Of a DNA stretch of 64,000 bases, positions 21,900-34,349 are shown piece after piece (within the stretch, counting starts at the first letter, position 1; each line of letters opens with the position of its first letter). Source of the DNA: Dudresnaya verticillata (lineage: Eukaryota); the NCBI GenBank assembly GCA_977862235.1, contig OZ374562.1:744001-808000 (forward strand), in the 5' to 3' direction. The notes beneath the pieces were generated by a model. That model saw nothing but the letters and a program-made list of their open reading frames with translations, was not told where the DNA came from and searched no databases. A program made the translations under genes and the position numbers.

Positions 21900-23480
21900 T
21901 ACCTGCACCCCTACATTTATCCTTAGGGACAGTAATGCGCGGTACCACTCCTGGTGTTCATCCTAAAACCCCTGCGGGCAAGCCATTGTAGACTGGTCCT
22001 CCTCCAGATTCTACATTGTCTTTCCCCTTGGCTACCCACGTGTACTGCACGAAATGAAAGCCAGGGGCAGAGCACAATTGAGCTCTGTATCACCAACCTG
22101 CCATTCTGGATAAAACCTTTCGTCTCGTCGTGTACTTGGGAGGGGAGAAGTGACCACCCCCCTGCTCGTAAACCTACCATAATCCCAAGCTGCCATATCC
22201 CACGATCGGAAATCCCAACACATCAGGCAGCTAGTATCTCAAACCCCGCCTTAGCGAACCACCTACTCCGTGAACGCACCCGTACCCAGTGCGGTACTGC
22301 CTTGCCCAACTTCATCCGCCGCTTCGAAGACGCTACCACCCCCGATGAGGCCCAAGAAAGTATCTCCCAGCTTCCCAAAATACTTGCGAAGCCCTGGTCA
22401 CGCAGAAACAATCCCCATCCGCAGCGAAACACGCCTTACTGGCGTGAGCACTTCTTTGCAATGCGCAAAACGGCATCTACGCGCCCTTCAGCGGATGCAA
22501 TGAGCAACTGACCCCTCACGTCGAGCTGCTGCAGAAGCATCCTATCATTTGGTACAGCGTCGCCTCCCGACCCGCTTCCGTGCTATAAAACGGGCACAAA
22601 AAGCGACAAAAGCAACAGCTGCTCATGCAACGAGACTCAGCCTCTGTCAGCGTGATCCGCGCGCAGCAACGGAAACAACAACGACGCGTACGGCAACAAC
22701 TATCGTGGGTTTGTTCAGCCAGCCCAATTCACATACCACATGGAATCACTCCGGAACCCCACCTGCCCCCGATGCCGGTGATTCTACGTCCCTCCCACTT
22801 TCGGCACTCCATAAGGACAGCTATACTATGCATGAAGTTTGAAACCCCCATACGAACAGATAACACGCACGTGGAATTTCTCAAGGCCCACCCCGATTTG
22901 TCGGCTGACGCCATGTTCGACATCTGGAACACCTGCAGAAAGTTTGGGATTTCCCCCGCACCTGCGCAAAAGGTCTCCTCGTTCCCATACACAAGTGTGG
23001 ACCGACCCATGATCCAGCAAACTACTGACCACTCTGCATGCTTGCAAATTTAGGAAAAGTGATCGAGAGAGTTATAGCATACGAAATAGAAGCCGTCTTC
23101 GCCACCATTGCATGCAGCTTGACTTTCAGCCCTTTTTGCATTCATAAATTGCTATTGCACTCACGCTTGTATTGTGTGCTTCTGGAGATGATTACATTGG
23201 TGAGTGGGACCTCAAGAGCGTATATGATCTTGACGACAGACACACGCGATTGCCTGCTACAAGGAAAAACTCTACCCTCACCGGACTGTCATGGTCACCC
23301 ACACCCTAGCGGCACTTTGAATCCACACAGCCCGTGATGTAAGGAAAGAGACATCAGAAGTTGGATGTGGGGTAATAAAGGGATCCCAACTCAGTCCGTT
23401 CCTTTTCAACCTATTCATTAATTCTCCAGCCTATGAGCTCGGCATGTGGTGCATAGCATCGGCAGGGTGACCCTGAGCAC
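21900..23480 (+). pseudogene. Non-LTR retrotransposon (LINE) ORF2 relic: endonuclease end and RT start
   Basis: SDH (APE C-terminus), PYW, TDNTHVEFLK, NY.P(L)CML, NLGKVIERVI across several frameshifts. Confidence 0.7.
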
Positions 23481-23879
23481 GCCAAGGGGGCGTTGATATA
23501 TCGTCTATGATGGGCATGTGTCACAAACGACGGTTTGGCTCTCGATTTTGACATGGCGCGAAAATTCATCCCGTTTGTTGTAACCGTCGATGATGTCCGC
23601 AGCGCACAGACGCCGCGGGGCCACGTAAACCGGCTGGAGCGCTATTTGACGATCGAGATTGGCCTAGGTGCCACACGTGTGTCCCTGGCGCCACGTAACA
23701 CAGAAACGCTGTAAACGGGGCACGCCGACGAAGACAGGGGTGTAAGAGCGCAGGATTCGTTACGGTGTAAGGCATGCGCCTGTAATGCTAGCCCGTATCG
23801 GGATCGGCTTCCAGATTGACCGCGAGGCAACGGATACTCGCCTGTAAGCCATAGGCGTGGCCACATATGCGAGTAGGCA

Positions 23880-24470
23880 TGAGTATTGGCGGTCACATAC
23901 TCACCAGTCTGACTGAGCGAAAAATAGGAGCTAACATGTTCAGTCCGCTGGGGACGGATTTTTTAGCTTGTAATAGGACGACACGTAGTACATCACATGC
24001 GCATATGCTTTCAGGTGAAGTAGAAAGAGGTAACATTGTTCAGAGTATTGATATTGTACTGTATCTGGACGTATAAACAATTCGCAGACATGTTCCTTAA
24101 AATGAACCGTGGTTTGTTTCAAGGAGGTTTCTGTGCACAGAAGCAATGCAATTCCTTCTGCATGGATGACGTGTTCAAACTGTGGCTGAAGTTGGCTGTT
24201 GTACAGTATTTTAACCGGCTTCAGCTACAATATGGGATGAAAGAATAATAAGTGGAAGAGAGAAACGACATATACAGTATGTTCTATAGAAAATCGGGAT
24301 TATTTAATAAGTAGGATAGTGCTTTATGTGATTAGCACTATTATTTTTAATGAACGGGTTTCTGGGGGAAACGATTAGAGGCGGAATGCTAACTGGCAGG
24401 GGCAGGGGAACGTAGTGATGTCCAGATCTTTAGGTCAGGAGTCACAGAATAGAAATGGGGACATGGTGCA
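23880..24470. repeat. Dispersed repeat, direct copy of 53749-54235
   Basis: Shared blocks such as ttctgcatggatgacgtgttcaaactgt and agagaaacgacatatacagtatgttctatagaa. This copy has about 140 extra bp at 23945-24087. Confidence 0.85.
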
Positions 24471-26038
24471 ATGTCTCTCCTGGACGCATGCAAGCTACAA
24501 CACTCCCCCCGTGGCCACCTTGTACGCTATTTTTCCTCTTTTGGAACTATGGTCAGCGTACGTAGGTGACCCAGTTCCACGACATAGGGCCGGACGAAAA
24601 GCTTATGCGGGCCCTTTCCCGGAGGGTCGGAGTAACGCATTAATAGGGCCCTGTGATGGCGGGCCCGTATATGCCTTAAAATGGCCGGCCTGGGTCATTT
24701 TAGCTGTTCCAGAGGAGGGGATACGACTGCAACGACCCGGTCCTGGATAAGGCTTATCCGGCCCCTTTTCGAAAAGTCCCGAATAACCTCTTTTCCGAGC
24801 TCTTTTGGAGATGGCACGTTCAAGGCTTTGTTTAGGCCCTTTTGAGAGCTTGAAGTACTACAGTGCGATAAAGTTGCGCCCTTCTTGGGACTACGTTATC
24901 CCATTTGTGCTGAGTAGGTTCACGCGTTTATCACCTCATTAGTCTATAGTCAGAGCAAAGAAGCAGATCCTTCTGGATGAGTAGTAGCTCGACTGTCTCA
25001 CTGATTCAGAGCATATCTCTCCGGTGCCGGCAGCGTGCTTATCTGAGCCCGAGAGAACCGTCCGCCATCCTATGTGTTCAAAGTTCCAATACTTGCGCGT
25101 CTTCCTCTGATACGGAAGGCAATGACTACGCAAAATCCGTCCTTCCTTCAACAAGCCTCGCTCCTATACTACCTGTATGTATTGCGGAGCTACTCTTCTC
25201 TGAGATAATATATAGATATCTGTATCGTAGAGATCGCCAGAGATTTTCTATCCCTATTCTATCCTAGTAGAAAATAAAAACTTTTCTATTCTAGCGTGCT
25301 ACCAAGCGAATAATGACGTGGAGGATTGGGGGAGCATGTGATGAAAAGAGACTGGTTACGTCATTATGAAATGTATAATGCATGGCGTGCTTACACTTTA
25401 CAAGGGATAGATTCCCTGAAAACATTGTAGATTGCTTGTCACACATGTTTCGAACATGAAACTTTCTCAGTCAGAAGCACAATGATTCTCGGCCGGAATA
25501 GCATCATTCCAGAACTCAGGCGAAATGATACTCTGTTAACGGCAATATGCCGCTGCGAATCCATCCAGTGCGCATTTATCACAGTTATAGTGCAATTCGA
25601 GAGTTTGCCGTACTTGCTACTTTTCAAGGGGCTGGAACAAATACTGCAATTCTCTGTTGCCTCAAAATCCATGCGGGTGCGTTTATAGGGATTGATAGAC
25701 CTGCTTCTATGTGTACACATGCGCACATACTCAATTTCATCAAATGCTTGTGGAGACATGTCCCGACCTAACAGTGAAACGTAAGTCGAAAAGTACTTTC
25801 CATGAACGCACACATACAGAACGCGACGATCTCAAATACATAATCTGGGGTAAGTCTCATTCTAGATTTATGAGTTGTGCTTGCTCCGCAGAAACGTTCT
25901 GAGATACTTCTCACAATACATGTCTTTGTTTTGAGTCAATGTCAGGCGAGAATGTCACTGAAGCCTATGTGTCGATACTAAACGGCACTTCTATATATAA
26001 ATACATGAGAAATACAGAGAACTCTATAGGTAAGCACT

Positions 26039-27734
26039 ATGGATGAATCTTCTGCTTCAGGGTGCGTACACGGATACGGAACAGAACTACTCGGAAGACA
26101 TCTGGAAGAAGCCAGTATAGGGAGACTGGTGAGTTTAGGAAGAAATATGTACCCATTCTACCGAGTTGCTCCGATGTCGGCCTCGCTTTCCATCTTAGAA
26201 GGAGCAATTTCGCCCTATGACTCGAATATTTTGCGATGCATGTGTGCGCTCAGCGACCCGAGGAGAGGGCTAAAGACAAAATGGAATTGCAAAGAGAAGG
26301 ATATCGGTCGTTTGATTTCGCGTTGATCCAGAAGCGGTGGTAGAAGAAGATCAGAGTTTAAAGGGATGAGAAACAGAACTTCGAAGAAATTTGATTGTCC
26401 GGCTGCTGTTTCAACCGTTCCTTTGTCTCTCAGGAGTATTGAAACGAAGTCATGGAGTAAATAATCTAATAGTTATTGACTGTCAAGGGTGCAAAGAAAA
26501 AGGGAAGAAATGTTTTCTGTGGTAAAATCCGTTCGGACTGCACATCGCAACCACGAGGTTGAGGAGTAAGGAACTGAGCGTCTTACTCTGAGCAGAACAG
26601 CGGACATTTTTGCCCATGAAGGGGTACGACATGCCGTTTCCGTATTTTTGAACATCTATCCGGGCGGAAAGGGAACGATCATAAGAGCTAGCACATACCT
26701 CCAGGAGAGATTCCCGGAAATTTCAGTTCCTGAATCGGTGCTTCGGAAATGCGTCGCGGAGCTGAGAAAACATGGAGACGAAGTTAATGGAATTGTCAAT
26801 TCCCTACGTTCGATGGAAAACAACGGTGTCGTTGAACATTTATCGAAAACACTGAGCGACAGCACAAGAATACTAACAACTGCGCTTTGGGCCTACAGTG
26901 GCTCCAGGGAGCTCCAAAGGTGTGATGAACATTTTTTCTGGGATTCAACTCACAACTTGACAAGATATGACTACCGATTGTCAGCTTTCATTGCTGCAGA
27001 CTCGGAGTCAGAGTCAAGATCGGTCATGTTTGCTTTCAACCTCCATAAGATAATTGAAGCTTTTCAAAGAATGTTGGCTGCCTATTCTACAGCATTTAAA
27101 GGAAGACTTACTAGAGCGAAATTTACAGATAGTGATGAGGCTATTCATGTATCTATTCTAATCCCACCCGGTTCAGGAAGTTTTAGAATCTTCTATGTGT
27201 ATATCACTTGTTCGATATTAATGGCAAGAAAAAGGTTCAGGGACTTGTACCTACTGACGGGAGCTTCTTCTGGACTGGATTTAGAAAATCATTATCTATG
27301 TGCCTTCAATGCACAATTACAGAGATGCTTGAACGGCTGTGGAGAAAGATGCTGAACGAGTCGCTCCCGATTGGAATCGGAACTTACAAGGCTGGAAAAT
27401 ATCTCGCGAAACACGTCTGGGCGGAAAGAGAACAGTGGTGCGTTGCACATTTCCGAGATATTCTTACTCTTGGAGTTTCGACAACCCAGCGGTCTGAAGG
27501 ATGGCATGAATTCTTGAAGGCCGTTTTTAAACTCAAAGCATCTGAATGGAATGCCTTCACGATTGTACATTATCCTCAAACGACAGTTCTGAGAAGAACG
27601 AAGAAGAAAAGAGTTGTCATACAGGTTCCAGCCGCTTCAGGGAGTTCTATTTTGACGTACGCAAGGCTAAGAAAACTTTTGATGTTGCTAGGGGATTCAA
27701 GCTTCGCATGTATACAGCTGAAAAGAGGTGTCTA
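26039..27734 (+). pseudogene. Mutator-like (MULE) transposase relic
   Basis: RTSKKFDCP..HRNH (FAR1/WRKY-like finger), FFWDSTHNLTRYDYRLSAF..D, FTDSDEA, LCVYHL, W..F..LGVSTTQRSEGWH. Confidence 0.85.
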
Positions 27735-27852
27735 GTGCCCAGCGATGACGTTTTCTGCATCAGGTTCAGAAGTAGACCGATTTTAGAGGTCAAAAGGAGC
27801 CCGCTGCAAATAGGGAACACAGCCTCTACCCTTAACGCAGTGGTGATATTCA

Positions 27853-28555
27853 TGTGGCATAACGAATACTCCACAATGGCCCGAAGACGTCTCGCACTGT
27901 AAGCGATGGCCTCGGAGCCGAACGGGTGGCCTCGTAGCCAAACGGAGAACGAAGAAAGGAAAAGGGGGTAGCGTGGGAGAGCGGGGCGATCGACGCCGGG
28001 GACACGGTGTCAACGAATACGTGTGCGGAAAGGAGAACTGAGAGCTAACGATCACCGGGGATAATTGATGGTTCGCGTCGCTATTGAAAGCAAGACTCGA
28101 CCATATCCGCGAACACGAACTCGAAGACACCGAAAACGAAGAAGAAGGCGTTTACCGTAGGCTCTGAGGTCCGGGCGCTAGTCGCGTACCGGGAACCCTC
28201 GGAAGTCGTGCCAGACGACTGTATTAATACTAATACACGAGCAATAATACGCGTCGACCCGGGAGACAGTTCGCTCTCGGCTGATCCGTAACGGCCTCAG
28301 AGCCCGCGAACGGTAGTCTCGCGTATTGTGGCGGTTGCGTATCACGCCATTAATGCACACGGAGGCGCACGCGCGTCGTGGGCCTCGGAGCCGTTCGCGC
28401 CGGAAACAAACAGGAAACACGGAGGTGTCAGCAATTCGAATGCAGTAGCGCACTGTAAGGCGAATGCCATCGTGACGCGCGTGGTCACGAAGTCACTTCG
28501 AAATTTGTATTCCTCAATTATTTTCAAGTAAACCACGGAGTGAATTTGCGACACA
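27853..28555 (-). mobile_element. LTR fragment, family B
   Basis: Starts TGTGGCATAAC and is collinear with LTR 59548-60264. The far terminus is eroded and no TSD is visible. Confidence 0.85.
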
Positions 28556-28592
28556 CCTGAGGACATTCCAATCAGGCCAACTACTTCCGCGT

Positions 28593-29087
28593 TTGCATGC
28601 CGGGTGGAATACACTTCGCATCCAGAACAATCCCAGAAATGTCACCCAGAATTGGCTTTCGAATCATGGAGAGAAAAAGGTTCCAAGTGTGTTGGAAATG
28701 GTTGAGGCTGCAGGAAATTGGGTCAAATCACCAATGGAAGCGATTGACGAAAAGCAGTCGTCGGAGAGCATGAACCATGCTTGGACGTCAACTCAGCGGA
28801 CAGACACTCAAGAAATCAAATTCCGATTTATACTTTCTGTTCAAAAGGAGAAGTGGCAGATGAGGGCGACTCCAAATACATTTGCTCGCCACGGCACAGC
28901 TCAGATTGAGCTGGGAAAACGTGGGAGTGTTTTGGAATCAAGATCTCAAATGGTACAGGGTAAAGGTGTCTATTTCAACAAAGAAAGAAGGCACTTTACT
29001 ATTGGCAATTATGACGACGGTAATGTGGAGGAAAATAATAATATGGCAACTCATAAATGGAGGCTGGTTACTCATTATAAAGATTAA
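28593..29087 (+). pseudogene. ORF remnant ending in a Tudor-like domain, downstream of and on the same strand as the MULE transposase
   Basis: Joining two frames at 28921-29060 gives VGVFWNQDLKWYR.KV..FNKERRHFTIGNYDDGNVEE....HKW. Confidence 0.65.
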
Positions 29088-29319
29088 CCCCAGTAACAAG
29101 TCGCACCGCCTTCTGCGGGGGCGGCGCTGCGTGCCGCTAGACCCCGCGCCTTCGGCGCGGGACGGCACTGAGTGCTGGTATGATAATCCCCGCGCCGAAG
29201 GCAGGCGCGTGGTGTAACGGCGGTCGCGCGCACAAAAGTAAAGGGCCAAATTAAGAAATCAGGCGCACAGCAAAGGTGTCGGCTGTAAGGAGCACAATCC
29301 CGCCAATCAATGGTGAGCT

Positions 29320-29358
<39 letters not shown>

Positions 29359-29492
29359 ATTTTTTTCATTGGCGCTGCGGCCGTGTATTTTAGATATAAT
29401 TTCGGATGCGTAGAAACCATTGTGGCGCCAAGTGGATTTGTTGGCACATCGATATAGAATTTTGTTTATTTTTCGAGACCTGGCCGGGCTAA
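29072..29492 (+). mobile_element. Non-autonomous Helitron-like element with (CTG)n
   Basis: TC..TATAAAG start, gcgccgaaggc motifs, CTG run at 29321-29358, short GC hairpin then CTAA|T. Homologous to the next element. Confidence 0.45.
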
Positions 29493-29525
29493 TACTACCC
29501 TTTGGGCGGTCATACCCATACAAAT

Positions 29526-29933
29526 TCTTACTATAAGGTAAACAAGGGCAACGACGCGGCGCTGCGCGCCGCTATGCGCCGTGCAACCGCGCCGAAGGCG
29601 CGACTGACTCCTGTTACCTCTGCGGCACGATGGGATACTGTGGGATACCGGGGTAGGTTGGGCTCGCTTGATTTCGACAGGTGTCTTACAATTTCTTTAT
29701 GATGATATTTGTTTCCAAGCCGTGAGGCAGGTGCGGTTTTAATCACATAAATTAAGAATGGAGGCGCACGGCGGGACTGTAAGATCGGGTCACTGTAGCG
29801 CGGCGGCGCATCTGTCAATTTACTGTCAGAAAATCGGAGCGCACCAATGGGCGCGCGTTGATTTGGTACCGCGGCAAGATGCAGCCAATCGGGTGGCGCG
29901 GCTTGGCGGTCAGCCAATGGGGTTGCAGCTTTG

Positions 29934-29966
<33 letters not shown>

Positions 29967-30211
29967 ATGCTGCTGCTGCTGATGCTGCTGATGCTGCTGC
30001 TGCTGATACTGCTGATGCTGCTGATGCTGCTGCTGCTGCTGCTGCTTCTGCTGCTGAATTTTTCTATTGGGCGGAAAAGGGTGATCTAGAAATATTTTTA
30101 GGCGTGCGTAGAAATAGGTTTGGCGGCAAGGGATGGTAATGGCGGGCGGATGTTTTTTTTAGAAATTTTTTACGTGTACGAAGCCCTCGAGGGGCCTCGT
30201 ACACTGACTAA
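29526..30211 (+). mobile_element. Non-autonomous Helitron-like element with compound CTG/ATG microsatellite
   Basis: TCTTACTATAAGG start; 3' hairpin gtgtacga..tcgtacac (30174-30204) followed by CTAA|T; microsatellite at 29932-30057. Confidence 0.55.
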
Positions 30212-30859
30212 TCATTACTATGGGGAGAACATTGGATGTAGTTCGGAGATTGAAGACAGTAATGAAACTGTCGCAAGTAAAAAAGAACGGAACGTATTTG
30301 TGCCACAGTATTAGATGGCATTAAAGACCTATCATCAGCAGAATTCAAATCTTTAGGGGATCAAATCTGGTTAACTAACACAATTGTTCATGTCTTCTCA
30401 AAACGCATCTTGGTTCAAGCTTGAAATGCACAGTAAAATCGAATGGCATAGATCAATTCCCATGGAGTTGTGAAGCTGAGCTCAAAGAGATCGGCACTGA
30501 CAGGACAAATCAAGGTTTATTTCTATTTTACAGTTTCAGAACTCTGCTTTTGTAGTTTTACCACTGACCTGTAAGTTTAGAATATTGCACACGCAACTAT
30601 CCCAGATTGTGTATCCCCCTGTCATCGAGTACGGTGAATTTGGATTCCCTTTGCGGCAAATGTATGATTTGTGGGTAGCACATCTCAACGAAGCGAATTT
30701 TCAGCACCTTTCATTGCATACTTGCGATCTTCTTGGATTCTAGTTTGTACATAGTGGAAGGTTCTCCAACCTTTCACACTTCAAGCTGTACAATTAGAGT
30801 TTAAAAGGTTCTGTCTTTGATCACTTCAGTGCAGTCACCCTCTGCTAGCCATTTTGCAC

Positions 30860-33200
30860 GAAGTTGAAATCCGTCGCAGAACCTGGCTATCCCAACGATT
30901 ACACGTTTTCGTCCTTTCGGGTAGTGCAAGGTCTCGGGCGTTTTACTACCGATCGTTTTTCTGCAACTTCTGGCTGTCGGTATTGCAAGATGTCTGAACC
31001 TACGTTTATACGACAGGAGGCTATAGTAAGTACAGACCCGGACGGAGGCTTATGCGCCGAAGCAGACCCATCCTTTCACCCACACTATTTGAGAAACGTT
31101 CTCAGATCATCCCGTTTCCCTGAAGAAGGCGCCCTCTCGTCGTTGTGCAACGATCGTGACGAAGACAGCCAAAGTGTCAGGTCACCTCCTAGCGGGGAAA
31201 GCTTCCTCCACATCGAGGGACGGTCCCCGTAAATATTTCTCTTCGGAAGCGCGTATAAGAATAACGCGGTCGAGTGATGGAAAAGTGTCAAGCCCTGGAT
31301 CGTTTATTGAAGTCTCATGGTTGCCCGACGATGCTGAAGGTACTGGAGGTAACGATGACCACGAATGGGAGCCTAGAAAGGGTGGTAATCGTGCTGCTGA
31401 TTGAAAGCGATGTTCATGCAAGGACAGAAAACGGACTTGGTGGGCCGGCGTCGTCGGCAAAGACGACAGTAAGAACTCTGCACCTCTCACGTACACGACA
31501 CCACCGCACAGTATATCCGCTGATGGCCTTTCTGATCACACGTACCGTGCCGTATTCTTTCTTGGATCGAACTAGCTCCGGCATGGTCCTGGCCGTCATA
31601 GTGCTATGGTGGTATTTTTGGCGATTCTGTACGTGGGGCAGATAGTGATGATGGTATAGGATGGTCATACTCGGGGGAAATGGTCAAGGGATTGCTTTCA
31701 AAAAGGCCAAGCGGAACTCCGGAGAGCTGTCCTTTAGTTATCCGGAAAATATTTTGCTTAGAGAAACAGTTACAAGGGCTCCAGGGCGTTGCCCACGGAT
31801 TCACTGCAACGGGTAAACTAAGTGCGTTGCAAGGGCAGAGAGCTCGAGATGTCCGACGAGTGAAGCGTTTCCTGCTGACGTTTCTTCTTTCCGCTTTGCG
31901 ATCCGTTATAAGAAACAGTGTATACACAAATGCAGTTAGTTCTAACTCAGCAATCATGTGCAGGATTGTTCGTACAACGAAAACTTGCTCTACCATGGAA
32001 GATTTCATGGAGGTTGCGCAAGACGTAAGGATACCTCGAGCAGGTCGGGCAGGTATTAATCCGAACACATTCAAAGCAGTGTTTTGACGTCAAGGGATCG
32101 CTCAAAGTTCTCAATAGTATTCCCGACGTTTATGGACTGACGTGAAGAGCTGGAACGGAATTTCAATATGATACAGGACATCCTTGTACAGGTTCTGTCA
32201 ACGGCAACCTCCTCTGTAGGCACCGTTATCGTCGTGGGTAGCACATTTGACTGTATTACTCGGGGCAATGAATCGTTGGTGGGTCGTTCAAGTTGGGAGA
32301 CATGCATTTCAGTAGGAGAACGATATCAATAGCTTTATACTAACTCCAGTGATTCTGTGCCAATTATTCATCGACCTCGGTGCTGCTGGAACGAAGTTGA
32401 GGGGGTATTTGAGGAGAGCTTTTATCTACGTGAAGAGTCCTCTTCTTTCCTACAGGGTTTCAATGAGAGAGATATTTTATCTAGAAGAGCACACGAATGT
32501 TGAAGTGAAGCTGAAGCACGGCCCCGCCGGCCGAGACCGATGGATTTGAGTTTCAGCTTGAATGGGAGAAACTACCAGACCAGGAGCTGCACGCCGGATC
32601 ACCATACAATGTAGCAGAGGATGTTCTCGGGGCCTTGCAGTGCTTCTTTCCTATTACATAATTCAATGGAAACAAAGCAGCTTCCGAGATACAGAAATTG
32701 TTTTCGACACATGCCAGTAGCTTTAGTTGACCAGATCCTTCCCACGAGCATAACCAGCCTGCAGTATAGGTTTCGAGGGGCTTGAATTACTATGTAAACA
32801 ATGTTTCGAGTTCTTTGAGGCCTTCCAAAGAACAATAGCTCTACCCAACCCAACTCGTGATATTATGCAGTTTATCACGAAAGGTTGCATATCCATATAT
32901 GGTAAGGTATAGAAATACATACAGGGTAATTGGTCCGACATTGCAACGGCGGTTGCGGGATGCTGTAAATCTTTTCATTGTTCAAAGGAGTACTAAGTAT
33001 CTGCTGGCCTGAAAGAAAGAGGAAATGCGGCGGAAGGTCCATAACAAGTAGGTTACTACTCGTGCAAGGACTTCCTTTCAGGATCATGAAGCGATAATGT
33101 CTCGAGATACTCTCATAATATTGACGCAAAGATGTCTCCAAGACATTCGAAGAGTGATTTCGAACAAATCCTGTAACTATGGAATGTTGCAAGTAATAAG
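30860..33200 (-). pseudogene. Chain of degenerate ORF fragments, unknown function
   Basis: Consecutive minus-strand ORFs (32875-33192, 32071-32307, 31604-32074 and others). No motif recognised. Confidence 0.25.
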
Positions 33201-34349
33201 TAGTACTGTTTCATGCAAACAACGTCGCTCCTTGGCGCCTCTCGGAAAAGCAGCAACTCTTAATTTTCCGAGGTGCACTTTGATGTACATGTACATCTCC
33301 ACACTCTGTGAGACGCTTGCTTTGGAATTTATACCGAGGAAAGGTTGAAAGGTCAATAGACCTCTGCATATTTGCCGGTAATGAAAGGATCCTTTCAGCA
33401 TGTGGTGTTGTCCTTTCACGTGGTGACAGGACTCCACAAGGACAAATATGAAGATTGTCAAGGGTAAATAGCACAGAATCCTAGTTGTCCATGCTGAACG
33501 ACTCCAACATTCAAACTCAGAACACGTGCTGTACTATACTATTATGTAGTATATACCTTATATGGAGACAGCGAAAGATTTGGGTTACCGGCCCTCACGG
33601 AGAAGCAACAGACACTAGTTTTACTTCCGTGAGCACGCATGCCTCTTCGCATGTTTTTACGAGTGTAGGCCGGAACTGGCTCACCGAGGCTTCTCTTTCG
33701 CATTATAATTATTCAATCAGAAATGCAATAGGCCGGCCCTACGCGGCTGTCGTAGGCTGGAATGCATGCATCTCAGGTGACGAGGAGCTCCTTCTCACCG
33801 GAGCTGCAGTCCCCAAAGGTGAACCTTGGTCCCTGCTTGGCCGAAATGCAATATACCGCATACTCGTTTCGCAGAAGCAACACGGGTGCCGTCGCCCACC
33901 CGGTCAACCTCTCAAGCGGTTAGTGCCATCCCGTCCCTGAAAGAGTACCGTACCAAATCTTTCGTGGCCCTTCCCCTCCCAGACCTGCATCTACCTGAAC
34001 ATTTCCTTAAGGAATGCAATAATCAAGTTGATTACCTTCACCCAACACACAAATTTTCCCTTACTTGTTGTAGGACAAACAGAATGCTACGTACACTCCA
34101 GCAACTGAGGTGTAAAATTATGGACTCGGAAACGTCGAGATATCGGAGGTGGATGGAGCGACGTGTAGATAAGGGATTTTGTACCAGCAAGGTCATTTCC
34201 GAGTAGGCAGTGCCCACATCTTCGAGTCTTGGCCTACAAAATTGTTCCCCAATTCCGGAAGTAACGCAAGGACGGAAAAGGCTGTGGCGTCCAATGACTA
34301 TTGCGTCAAGCACAACAATGGTGAAGCTCCTAGCAGTAATCACCAACTC

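Noticed and set aside
24585..24770. Bacterial REP-like ggataaggcttatccggc and nested gggcc/ggccc inverted repeats
   Set aside because: Short match in a eukaryotic context; it may be a MULE/MITE end, but no partner TIR was found.
25439..25813. PHD/RING finger in an ORF divergent from the MULE (CSIC)
   Set aside because: Only one Cys pair is clear.
29251..30139. Poly-Q, poly-C and poly-A/D ORFs
   Set aside because: They are translations of CTG microsatellites inside non-coding elements.
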